NCBI GenBank assembly: GCA_020184695.1
Contig: JAANOX010000153.1
Location: 806,001-870,000, forward strand
Length of the DNA: 64,000 nucleotides
Direction of reading: 5' to 3'
DNA from: Histomonas meleagridis 2922-C6/04-290x
Lineage: Eukaryota > Protista > Parabasalia
In this document: positions 1 to 10,225 of the stretch, in pieces
Layout: each line of letters opens with the position of its first letter
Numbering within the stretch: position 1 is the stretch's first letter
Notes under the pieces: model-generated
Database searches by the model: none
Told to the model about the DNA's origin: nothing
Seen by the model: only the letters and a program-made list of their open reading frames with translations
Position numbers and translations under genes: made by a program

Positions 1-3000
1 TAACAACATTTGATTGATACTACTGTATTTTTATATATATAAGGTGATAAATATGATTTAAAGAATTTGTTGGACATGAAATAAAATCCTTTAATTGGTG
101 ATTCAACAATTGTAAATTGATTTATTGTATTAATTAATGATTTATATGTTTTAATGATACCAGTAAATGAATATAAATATTTATATAATAAATATATCAT
201 TTCATTCGTCATTTTGTTAATAAATGTCTTGAAATTACAAAAATGTGCAATGACTTGGAAATATAAAAATTGTTCATAATATGTTAACTTTCGTAATGAT
301 TGTTCATTTAAAAATGATAATATAAAATCTAAATCTGAAAATACTACATCATTTAATTCTAATAATGGATATGCATATATATGATTGTCATCAGTTTTCA
401 CTGAAATTGGTTTCTTCTCTATATCTAAAGGTAATTGGAAACTTATATATTTATCTTTTCCTTCTGGAATTAATAAGTAATTATTAATAAAGTTTTGTTT
501 TGTGTCTTTATAATTACAATAATCTCGAAGTTTTTCCATCTTTTGACCTAAAATTGTGAAAATTGCTGTATAATAATTTGTAGTTTTCATTATTTTAATA
601 AGTAATTCTTTACGTGGATTATTATAAATTATAATTGATCTAAATAATATTATCATATCTGAGACAAAATCAGTGTTTTTACCATCAAATGATTCATCTT
701 CAATGAATTTAAACATTTTAATAAATGTTTCTTGAATTAATTCTTCATTTATTGCTTCAGATGAAATTATTTTTTCAATAATCCTAAAGAATATTTTTGA
801 TGATTTTTGTTCGATTACTTTTGGTATATTATTCATTAAATTATTAAGTAAATCAGATGAATAATCATTTGAATATTCAAGTGATTTCATTAAGAATTGT
901 AATGATGATACTGAGAAATTATTTTCCTTTAATCTAAATTGTTTATTCATTAAAGAAAAGACTAATGCATAAAATCCAGAATCATCAACATATTTTGTTC
1001 TAACATCATATAATCGTTCAAATATAGTTTGTTGAATATCATTTAAATTTGTAATATCTCTAAAGAATCTTCGAATAACTAAGATATAACGTGTATTACC
1101 TGATTTATGATAAGAATCAATTAATGAATTAAAGAATAATATTAACTTCTCTTTTTGTGATTGTGTTAAATCTGTAATTCTTAAAATAGATGATAAACCA
1201 TCAAATCGTTTAATCGTAGCAAGATTATAAGCTATAACTTCATTTAATTTAGGATCTTGTTGTTGTTGAAATACTTTAACTATTAATGCAACTCCTATTA
1301 ATGTTAATTGGATTCGATTTCGTTGTTGTGATAATATACCAATAATTAATTCAGGTTCAAATGAACTAATTATAAAATCGGCTAATTGTTTAGGATCATT
1401 AGTTATCGAATTTAATCGAATTAACATTAATAAATGACGTTTTATAATTGATGGATTCTTTTCTTCTTGTATAAGTTTACGATATGCACTTCTAATACGC
1501 ATAACTTGATCAAATATATGTTTAAATTTATTAATGTCTTCAACTTTTAAGTTAAATAATGTATCAATTAAATTGGAATATTTAGAAAATGTTATAATTG
1601 ATAATCGATCAACATATTTAACATCATCATTTAAATTCTTATTAAATTGAGGTTTTATCTTTTTATATAACATATCCATTTGTGTGTTATTATTATTATT
1701 TAAAAATTCATAAATTTTTGGATCTTTTAAGTTATTAGGATCAATATTTTCATTACTTGAACTATTAATTAAATCGATTTTATCAAGTAATTTCAAATTC
1801 GATTTTATAAACCAATAAAATCGTTTTTCAAATTCTGAATCACCGCCACCTTTAACTAAAGTAGCAGCGAATCTTGCAAATGTGAAAAATGTCATTTTCC
1901 TAAATTCATGATTTTCATCAGGTATTGATAAGTTTTTAGGGATAATAATTGAAAGTAAAGTAGTCATTAATTGAGCTAAACGATGACTTTCAGATAAAAC
2001 TGAAATACATCGTAAGAAATTATCGAATAAATTAAATATAATTGATGAATGAAGTTGTTCGATAGTATATTCACTAATTAAAGCCATATCAAATTTATTT
2101 GTAATACTTTGTGCATAATCACATAAATAATCTAATACATTTGAATCCTCTTTTCGATAAAACTCAATTGTTACAAATGGATTTTGTCGAATAAATTTAG
2201 ATGCTACTGATATTAAAACTCGTTGATGAATATATAAAAGATTCATTACTTGTGGTGAGATTTTAGAAATAGGATCTAATGTTTGAGGTATTAATTTATA
2301 AATTTCATTTTCTTTTTCACATGTAATATTTGCTAAGACAACTGTTGATTCTAATTGATGATAACAATAAGCTAAAAGTTTAGAATCAGTAACTTTTTTA
2401 AGGAACTTAATTAAATATTTTAATAAAATTTGTGGATTATAATTCCATAAAATAGTAAAATGATTACATATTAAATACAATGAAAAATTCGGCGATAAAT
2501 ATTCGAATAAATCAAAAACATCATTAGGTAAACCAGGCGCTATATACATATAATTATCAACTAAAATAGTAATAATTTGATAGAAAAATTTTCCATGTTT
2601 TCTTTCCGTAACTTCAGCAAATTCTTTTGTAGTATTAATTAATGTAATTAAAGCTTTTCCAGAATTCATTTGTTCTAATGTTTTAGGTATCATTTGTGAC
2701 CCAAGTAAATGAATAAGATTTTCATTCATTGCGCCTGCTAATATTTTAAATGGATTTTTAATGATATCCATTTTAGATGGTGGTTGACTATGTACGAAAC
2801 CTAATAAAATAGGATTTACTGAACCTAAGAAATTAGTTCTTCGGATAATTATATCTTTACTATTTGAATCAACCTTATTTACGCACCATATACATCGATT
2901 AATTGTATCAATACATGCATCTAATAAATATGGAAATGAACTAATTTGTTCAGTACTTAATAATTTACCATTAATTGTCGAATAGATATTAAATCGTGTT

Positions 3001-4139
3001 GTACTACTCTCTGTAACTGGTGGAAGAATTACACCTAAAAATGCACCATTTGTTAGATAAATATGTGACGTAAAGTCTAAATGATATTTGCTAATACATA
3101 ATAATGAATTATATGTTTCTAAAGTTTCAACATTCGCTAAGTTCATTAAACCATTGTTACTGACTTCAACACATGTAATACCATCAGATGCATAAACAAA
3201 TGAACCTGAATTAGAACTTTTGATCATTTGAACATCTTTGATACCAATCTCTTGTTTGATTAATAAAGTTCGAATTGATATTCGAATAACATAATCTGAT
3301 TTTTGGAGATATAAATAAGCTTTGCTAGCAAAACATGAAAAGTTTGAATCATTCCGATTAACTAATTCTTGAATAATAACACTATTTTGTTGATGTAAAC
3401 ATGAGGTATTTGATAATGAAAAATAATATATGCGAATTCCACTGACAAAGAAGAGAAATTCGCCATTGCTGGTTATTGTGTTGACATAATAACTGCTCGT
3501 TAAATGCACATTTTTGAATTGCGTCCATTGATCAGTATAAAAACTTGGTATTGGTGGTGTAAGTGCTGGTAATGGTGAAAAGCTTCTGAAAAAATCTTCC
3601 AGCGACCTTGCATTTTGATCGCCTTTGATGTTTTTAAATAAATTACTATTTTTATATAGCTTTGGCAGAAGTTCAACAGCTTTGAAAATTTGGCCACAAG
3701 ATTGTGCGGAGATATTGAGAAAATCAAACGTGTTTCTTAACCGAGAATTTTGATAAACAGAATTAATGGAATAACAAATTTCACGACATTGACCATAGAA
3801 AACATACTGTTGAAAACGTTGCTCAATATCATCATTTGCTCTATCTGGTTTAACAGATGCATGAATCATAATGTTAAGGAATTTTTGAACGTCTGTTATG
3901 TGCTCATAACAATTAAAAAATAAATTATTAACGACTGCCGAAGAAACATATAACACATTATGCTTGGTCAAAGACTTTTCACCGCATGGCATTAGTTGAG
4001 CAATGTAAAATTCTGACCAAAATTTAGGATCTGCAAAATCATCAAAATTAACTTCGTCACCATCCATAAATGTTTCAACGTCTTTGATTGGATCCATTGA
4101 AGCGAATGGTTTTGCAACTATAGTTCCCGCAGCACCCAT
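1..4139 (-). CDS. Very large hypothetical protein (>1379 aa), 3' end beyond the left edge; possibly the N-terminal part of a giant HECT-type E3 ligase
   Basis: Absent from the ORF track, presumably because its stop lies outside the window. Manual translation from ATG 4139 gives MGAAGTIVAKPFASMDPIKDVETF. The same frame was checked codon by codon near 3420-3480 (NTITSNGEFLFFVSGIRIYYF), near 2000 (DNFLRCISVLSESH) and at 3-65 (FFKSYLSPYIYKNTVVSIKCC). The family guess is weak. Confidence 0.85.
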   Translation of the reverse strand, partial: MGAAGTIVAKPFASMDPIKDVETFMDGDEVNFDDFADPKFWSEFYIAQLMPCGEKSLTKHNVLYVSSAVVNNLFFNCYEHITDVQKFLNIMIHASVKPDRANDDIEQRFQQYVFYGQCREICYSINSVYQNSRLRNTFDFLNISAQSCGQIFKAVELLPKLYKNSNLFKNIKGDQNARSLEDFFRSFSPLPALTPPIPSFYTDQWTQFKNVHLTSSYYVNTITSNGEFLFFVSGIRIYYFSLSNTSCLHQQNSVIIQELVNRNDSNFSCFASKAYLYLQKSDYVIRISIRTLLIKQEIGIKDVQMIKSSNSGSFVYASDGITCVEVSNNGLMNLANVETLETYNSLLCISKYHLDFTSHIYLTNGAFLGVILPPVTESSTTRFNIYSTINGKLLSTEQISSFPYLLDACIDTINRCIWCVNKVDSNSKDIIIRRTNFLGSVNPILLGFVHSQPPSKMDIIKNPFKILAGAMNENLIHLLGSQMIPKTLEQMNSGKALITLINTTKEFAEVTERKHGKFFYQIITILVDNYMYIAPGLPNDVFDLFEYLSPNFSLYLICNHFTILWNYNPQILLKYLIKFLKKVTDSKLLAYCYHQLESTVVLANITCEKENEIYKLIPQTLDPISKISPQVMNLLYIHQRVLISVASKFIRQNPFVTIEFYRKEDSNVLDYLCDYAQSITNKFDMALISEYTIEQLHSSIIFNLFDNFLRCISVLSESHRLAQLMTTLLSIIIPKNLSIPDENHEFRKMTFFTFARFAATLVKGGGDSEFEKRFYWFIKSNLKLLDKIDLINSSSNENIDPNNLKDPKIYEFLNNNNNTQMDMLYKKIKPQFNKNLNDDVKYVDRLSIITFSKYSNLIDTLFNLKVEDINKFKHIFDQVMRIRSAYRKLIQEEKNPSIIKRHLLMLIRLNSITNDPKQLADFIISSFEPELIIGILSQQRNRIQLTLIGVALIVKVFQQQQDPKLNEVIAYNLATIKRFDGLSSILRITDLTQSQKEKLILFFNSLIDSYHKSGNTRYILVIRRFFRDITNLNDIQQTIFERLYDVRTKYVDDSGFYALVFSLMNKQFRLKENNFSVSSLQFLMKSLEYSNDYSSDLLNNLMNNIPKVIEQKSSKIFFRIIEKIISSEAINEELIQETFIKMFKFIEDESFDGKNTDFVSDMIILFRSIIIYNNPRKELLIKIMKTTNYYTAIFTILGQKMEKLRDYCNYKDTKQNFINNYLLIPEGKDKYISFQLPLDIEKKPISVKTDDNHIYAYPLLELNDVVFSDLDFILSFLNEQSLRKLTYYEQFLYFQVIAHFCNFKTFINKMTNEMIYLLYKYLYSFTGIIKTYKSLINTINQFTIVESPIKGFYFMSNKFFKSYLSPYIYKNTVVSIKCC

Positions 4140-4797
4140 TTGTTGTGATTTATTGTAAACTACACAAAAATCGAGATTAACATATGACAAATTTCGTGTA
4201 ATTGAACTCTAAACGTTTTTCGATTCTTTGTGGTTATTTTTCTAAAAAAAATTGTTCATTTTATAATATTAGATCATATTAATCAAATTAACTTATAATG
4301 GCCTTCAGTCTTTTAATTAATAGATAAATATTATTTTGTACAGATAAATTTTTGAATTTGACTTTATAAAAATTTTCATTTGAAATGATGGTTTATATTC
4401 ATATGTTGAATTTGTATAATATACAAAAATGAAGGAATAATTCACTACCCAACTCCCACTTTTTGATATAAGTTTCTTTTCAGAAGAAAAAACGATCATG
4501 CTTAAAAAAGTAATAAAAAAAATTTACTTGCCAAACCAAATACAAAATCTTTGCTCTGCATTATTGCTATATATACCGTCACATCAACCATATGACAAAA
4601 TATTTTGTGTGTAAAGGAATTTCTCGAGGAATGTACATATAAACTATTCAAATGATTAATCATTTGACTATAGTCCACTCAAATATCGGCGGCTGGAATG
4701 GTTCCCATTAAAAACTAAAATGAAAGGAAATATGAATGAAAATTTATTAGTTAAATATAATTTTTATTAAATTACATATAATTAAACGCCATTTTTT

Positions 4798-5472
4798 TTA
4801 TTTGAAGTATTCGATTAATTCATCTTCATCTTCAGTTATAATTGATGAAAAGCTGAAGTCTATTGAGTCTTCATCAACAAAGTATGAATCATTTGTGAGT
4901 TTGATAATTGTTCTTCTTAAATCACCTGCTTCTGAATGAATTGCTTCTAAAATTGTTGGAATGGATTTTTTTCGATTAAAAAAATAGTAAATTTTTAAAA
5001 CAACTTCATACTTGGGATCACTTGATACCACTTTAGCATTTTGTATTTCCCCAAAATTAAAAATTTTAGCTTGTTTTCCATGATTTGGCTGTTCTTTCTT
5101 TTTTACATTACTTCTTTTCTTTCTCGGCAGCACCTCGCTTTTTTTGGACTGTTTTTCTGTTTTAGGTTTTGATTTTTTTCGGATCGGTTTGGAATCATTT
5201 TCTTGAAACTCTGTAATTTCTTTAAAAGGCAAATCATCATTTTCTTCTTGCTTTTGCTTTTTGCGTTTACGTGTGGCTTTTTTTATTGGAGAACCATGTG
5301 AAATTTTGATTTTTTTATCATCATTAGTAGGAATTAACGGTGGTAAATCGTCAGCATTCATGACTTCAATAGGGTCATCACTCATGTCCATTATGGCTTG
5401 AGTGATTCCAAATTGATTTTTAATGTTTTGTGTTTTTTGGTTGAGAATATCTTCCAATTTAAAAAGTGACAT
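4798..5472 (-). CDS. Hypothetical Lys-rich protein (224 aa) with a small C-terminal helical domain
   Basis: ATG-to-TAA ORF with a basic low-complexity middle (KKATRKRKKQK, RKKRSNVKKK; NLS-like) and an ordered C-terminal ~70 aa. Confidence 0.75.
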   Translation of the reverse strand: MSLFKLEDILNQKTQNIKNQFGITQAIMDMSDDPIEVMNADDLPPLIPTNDDKKIKISHGSPIKKATRKRKKQKQEENDDLPFKEITEFQENDSKPIRKKSKPKTEKQSKKSEVLPRKKRSNVKKKEQPNHGKQAKIFNFGEIQNAKVVSSDPKYEVVLKIYYFFNRKKSIPTILEAIHSEAGDLRRTIIKLTNDSYFVDEDSIDFSFSSIITEDEDELIEYFK

Positions 5473-5983
5473 AACATGGAATAATTTTTTTCCTTAAAAA
5501 TCCCAAACCTGATTAAGAAATAAACAGTAACACAAAGCTTAACTATTTTGTTCTCTATATTATTACATACCTTACGATTGAATTTTAGTATTTGAATTAA
5601 ATTTATTATGATTTAACTAAAATTAATGAAATCTTGTTCTCATATATGCATTGTTGAATTTTCCTTTATGAGAGTGAATATTAATATGAAATTTTTTATA
5701 GTTTATTCATTTTTAAATATCAATATGGGTACATTATATAATGTTATTTCTAATGTTGTTGCATGAAATGCGTAAAAAAAATGAAAATTTGATTATCATT
5801 TTAGATTTTTGAAATTACTCGAATTAAAGTTAAAGTAATTGAGGCAATATTTTTGATTATATACAAATGTTAGTTCAAATCTAAGCAATCAAAACAGGTT
5901 AATGATTTTATTATTTCTTCGGAGGAAGGTAATTTTGAATTGTTTATGTTGTTTTTGGTTTTACATCACATGTCCGAAATCAG

Positions 5984-7030
5984 ATGAATCAATTAAGTAA
6001 TCTAGCACAACAAGCAGTAAATGCGATTGTACGTCCTCCTCGAAATACATATAAACTCGATTCTTTACCAATATACCTTAAATCTAACAACGGAATTGAA
6101 TATATTCGACAGCCAATCAATTTCACAAATCCTCGAAACCAAAAAATAATCGGATCTATATATATTGAGTCAAAACGCGAAATTTTAGATGGTGGTCCGT
6201 GTGTAATATTCATGCATGGAAATGCTTCTTCGCAAAGCGAAGGACTTTTTTTAATACCCAATTTATGCAAATACGGTATTTCAGTATTTCTTTATGATTG
6301 TGCGGGTTGTGGGGACAGTGGTGGCGAGTATGTTTCTTTGGGATATTACGAATCTAAAGATGTATCATTTTTAATGAAACAATTAATGATTACATTTAAT
6401 CTTGGTCCTTTTGTTATATGGGGAAGATCTATGGGTGCTATTTCATCCATAATGGCGGATCACTCTCATGTCAAAGGGATTATTGCGGATTCAACATTTT
6501 CAACTCTTACAGACCTATGTTACTCTATTGCATCTGATTTTGGTGTTCCAAAGGTCTTCATTCCGCCACTTGTTTGGTGGCTTAAACTCAACATAAAAGA
6601 TATTGCCGGATTTGATATTGACAGTGTTATTCCAATAGAATATGCCAAACTTCCACGAAGAGCGCCTCTTGTTTTAGGTCATGCCGTGGATGACAAGTTT
6701 ATACCCTTTATCCAGGGAGAACAAGTTTTTAATGCATATTCAAATAAAGATAAGCAATTCATAAAGTTCGATGGAGGCCATAATGGTAATCGTCCATCGC
6801 TATGGTACAACACGTGCTTCAAGTTCGTATTTAGAGTTCTTGGAGTCGATGCAATTAATTTCAGAAGATCAAAATATTTCGGATTACAACCAATCACTCA
6901 CTTTAACTCTTATCAGGAAATGGTCGACTTTGCAGAGAAAAACGGTGGTGAAGAAAGGGCTTTAATGCTTCTGACATCACAATCTAAACTTGAGTATGAA
7001 TACTCAGATGGAAGCGGAGACGAAAATTAG
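5984..7030 (+). CDS. Alpha/beta-hydrolase fold protein (S9/ABHD-like serine hydrolase)
   Basis: HGNAS oxyanion region, GRSMG nucleophile elbow, candidate Asp (DDKFIP) and His (GGHN). Confidence 0.9.
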   Translation: MNQLSNLAQQAVNAIVRPPRNTYKLDSLPIYLKSNNGIEYIRQPINFTNPRNQKIIGSIYIESKREILDGGPCVIFMHGNASSQSEGLFLIPNLCKYGISVFLYDCAGCGDSGGEYVSLGYYESKDVSFLMKQLMITFNLGPFVIWGRSMGAISSIMADHSHVKGIIADSTFSTLTDLCYSIASDFGVPKVFIPPLVWWLKLNIKDIAGFDIDSVIPIEYAKLPRRAPLVLGHAVDDKFIPFIQGEQVFNAYSNKDKQFIKFDGGHNGNRPSLWYNTCFKFVFRVLGVDAINFRRSKYFGLQPITHFNSYQEMVDFAEKNGGEERALMLLTSQSKLEYEYSDGSGDEN

Positions 7031-7466
7031 ATTACCTGTTATTAATGTTTGTAGAAATAAACATATTTTTAGTTGTTAATTATTGTTTTTAGAATAATAT
7101 ATTTCACAAAAAAATTTCTTTATGAGCCTAAATCTAAAAAAAAAAGTTTTTAAAAAAGTTGTTTCAGAGAGAAGCTGAAAAAACTAATTAAAAATGAATA
7201 AATTATTTTTTTCGAAGTGACAAAAGAATTCGAATCCTAATTTGGTCATGTCACGCCTGAACCGAAACCGGAATTTCGCTATCAAAAAAAAAAAGATAAT
7301 TCACTGAAATAAAATTTTATTCTTACAAAAAGTTCGTTCGCTTTTTCTGGTTCTTGCAAGTGCAATGCACAAAAAACGCGTTTTGATCCCATGAAAGAAT
7401 ATATATAAAGGAAAGAACTGGCAAAGAGTTTACTTTAGTGTGTGTTTTATCTATTGTTGATTTATA

Positions 7467-8105
7467 TCACTTACAACATCCTGTTTTAGTCTTCTTTGGA
7501 ACTTCTTTGAGATCAACACCTTTTTCTTCAGCAGCAGGTTCAATTTTGTTGTTCATAATATAAGTTATTAGCTCAGTGACTGCTTGTTCGATGTTTGTTC
7601 CCTCACGAGCACTTGTTGGGAAAAAGCCAATAAATCCGTTTGCCTTGACAAACTCATCCATTTCTTCTTGCGACTTAACCCATTTGCCATCCTTGCACAT
7701 ATCTATTTTGTTTCCAAGAAGCATACATGGAATTGGCTTTCCTTCTGAAGTAAAAACTTTTGAATCAATATCTTTCTTCCACTCGGTAACTGCTTCGAGA
7801 GTAGGTAACCTGGTAACATCAAACACAACAAAAGCTGCGAAGGCTTCTTGATAATATACATGTGTCATATTTCCATATCGCTCTTGACCAGCAATATCCC
7901 ATAATTGAATGTCTATTTTTGTACTTTGGTCCCATACATATTCTTTGTTTGCGAAATCAACACCAATTGTTGTTTTATAAAACTCTGAAAAGAAGCCTTG
8001 AACATACTGACGAATAAGAGAAGTTTTACCTGTGCCCATTTCACCGACAACAAGTATTTTAAGGATCTTCTTGACCTCGGAGTTTGATTGGCTAAGATCA
8101 ACCAT
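7467..8105 (-). CDS. RAB32: Rab GTPase, Rab32/38 subfamily
   Basis: GEMGTGKT P-loop, TIGVDF, WDIAGQE motif typical of Rab32/38/7L1, NKID, SA, C-terminal CCK prenylation motif. Confidence 0.9.
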   Translation of the reverse strand: MVDLSQSNSEVKKILKILVVGEMGTGKTSLIRQYVQGFFSEFYKTTIGVDFANKEYVWDQSTKIDIQLWDIAGQERYGNMTHVYYQEAFAAFVVFDVTRLPTLEAVTEWKKDIDSKVFTSEGKPIPCMLLGNKIDMCKDGKWVKSQEEMDEFVKANGFIGFFPTSAREGTNIEQAVTELITYIMNNKIEPAAEEKGVDLKEVPKKTKTGCCK

Positions 8106-8728
8106 CTATCGATTCAACTGCCTATTTTTCACTAACTTTTGTTGATTAATTTCTATGAGATTATTCTAAATTTTGAATGGTGGTCATTTAAAATTTAATC
8201 TATTAATATTTCATTCGCTATCTATTGAAATTTTATCTCGTGATGAAAAATAGGTGAGATTATCTTAATATTCAATAATTTTTAAATATGAAATAATAAT
8301 TTGTCTTATATGTCCTTATTTTCCTGTTTTTTCTTTCAAAAAAGTTAATTTATAAAAAAACCGCCATGATTCCCCAGTTTGTCATGACAAATAAACCGAA
8401 TAGCGGATTTTAATTCTTTGAAGATTATCATCAACCTTAAAGAATTAATGATATGAGTATTAAATTTGTTCCATATTCCTTCCAGAAATGCGTTCTTTTC
8501 TATTTTAATTATTTTTTGTATTCATAATTTTTTTAAGATCTAAAACATTTTTTGAAATATTTACTATATATAAATATAAATAGATATAATAAAAATATAA
8601 CACTTAATTATTTATTTAAAATATTATTTCTAAGCATCAAAAGCTTTGCTGCTATTAAAAACAAAAATAATATATAAAAAAAATTCCAACAAATAAAGAA
8701 AGAAACATTTACTAACAGATTGCGATTT

Positions 8729-9778
8729 CTATTTGAGCAATATTTTTGCAGATCTAATTTTACACTCATTTCTTGTATGTCTATTTGGTGGCAAAGGCAG
8801 TGATCGAGATTCTTTTGTCCTCAAAGAAAGTCCACCAAACTTCGGAAATATTTTCCTTTTAATGTCTGCTAATGGTTCGAAAGTTATGTACTCTTCTTTG
8901 TTCTTTCTCAAAATGAGAACCGCCGCTTTATTCTGTTGATCGCAATAATTCGATGCGCTAAAAACTGTAATAACTTTGTTGTGATGTTGAAATCGAATTC
9001 CTTCTTTAACGCTGGTATGCCCACGTATAATTAAATGGAGATGATTCTGTTTAAGAAACTTATTTGTAACATCTTCGCCAAAAAAAACTCCATTACCACG
9101 TTTTGATACCTTAAAACCAGTCCCTTTGTCAAGTGGATCTGACCATAGTATGTCATCTGCAAGACCACCATATAATTGATTAAGTGGTCGAGCAATATTA
9201 TCAAAATTTTCGAGTGTTTTAAGTTCTGGACCAATGCCACCATGTACACAAAGAATGTTGTTGTTAACTAAAGCACCTATTGGAAGAAAACTAAAACATT
9301 CAATTAATTTTTGAAAGAGAACATCATTGCCATATACTTTTAAAATTTCGTCATGAAGACCCTTGGTTCTGGAAATTGATTCAAACTCGTGATTACCTCT
9401 GATAAGATAAACTGAATTTGGATATTCAGCTTTAAGTGCTAAAAGAAGCATAATTGTTTCAATTGAGAAATTTCCTCGATCTACATAATCGCCAAGAAAA
9501 ATATAATTATGTTTTTTCGGTCCTCCGCATTTTTTGATAATTCTAATTAAATCTGGTAAATGACCATGTAAATCACCAACAACTCTGAATTCTCCTTCAA
9601 GTCGAAGTAGGGTACTTTCTTTGGCAAATAATGTCGTACAATAAGAACATATATCTAATAAAGAATTTAATGGAAGTGGTTCAAAAGCAAGTTCTTCCAT
9701 ATCTTCAATGCTCTGTGTGAGGATCCATTTGAACCATTTAAAAACTGGCCTCAGGAATTGCCTGATTTCTTTTTCCAT
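8729..9778 (-). CDS. PPP-family Ser/Thr protein phosphatase
   Basis: GDLHG, GDYVDRG, GNHE, HGG, RGH, SASNYC motifs. The ORF track starts at a TTG (9868); the first ATG is 9778 (MEKEIRQ). Confidence 0.9.
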   Translation of the reverse strand: MEKEIRQFLRPVFKWFKWILTQSIEDMEELAFEPLPLNSLLDICSYCTTLFAKESTLLRLEGEFRVVGDLHGHLPDLIRIIKKCGGPKKHNYIFLGDYVDRGNFSIETIMLLLALKAEYPNSVYLIRGNHEFESISRTKGLHDEILKVYGNDVLFQKLIECFSFLPIGALVNNNILCVHGGIGPELKTLENFDNIARPLNQLYGGLADDILWSDPLDKGTGFKVSKRGNGVFFGEDVTNKFLKQNHLHLIIRGHTSVKEGIRFQHHNKVITVFSASNYCDQQNKAAVLILRKNKEEYITFEPLADIKRKIFPKFGGLSLRTKESRSLPLPPNRHTRNECKIRSAKILLK

Positions 9779-10212
9779 TGATGAATTGGTAGCTTTGAGT
9801 GGAGCAATTACTTCGGTTAACGTAAAACTGATTGAATTTTCAATTGCAATTTTTTTTCTCCAAAACAAAGAAAATTAAAAAAATAAAAATAATAAAAATA
9901 AAAACTTTTTAGGCATAAAACAACATTTGTTTTATTTATTTAAATAAATGCTAATAAATTTTATGAAGTTTTCTTAAATTAAAAACTTTTTTTTATTTAC
10001 ATCAGATAAGCAATTTTCAAATTTAAAACTACTGATAAATATATTTCTAAAAATTAGAGTCAAGCATTCATGTGTTTTAGCCAATGATGGTATCATTTAA
10101 GAAAATGGTTGGACTTAAGCTTCAAGTATTGAAATGAGCGGTATCTGTAACCGCTTCTTGCTCACAAATAAAAACGATCAAATTAAAAAGCGACAGCATT
10201 GAAATTGACACT

Positions 10213-10217
10213 TCACT
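10213..10217 (+). promoter_or_regulatory. Trichomonad-type initiator (Inr) TCACT
   Basis: TCACT followed by a T-run, 13 nt upstream of ATG 10226; matches TCA(T/C)(T/A). Similar motifs precede ATGs at 26519, 37296 and 45536. Confidence 0.6.
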
Positions 10218-10225
10218 TTTTCTTT

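Noticed and set aside
1-4139. Non-standard genetic code to explain the apparently ORF-free first 4 kb
   Set aside because: The region is one open minus-strand frame running off the edge; other genes terminate normally at TAA, TAG and TGA.
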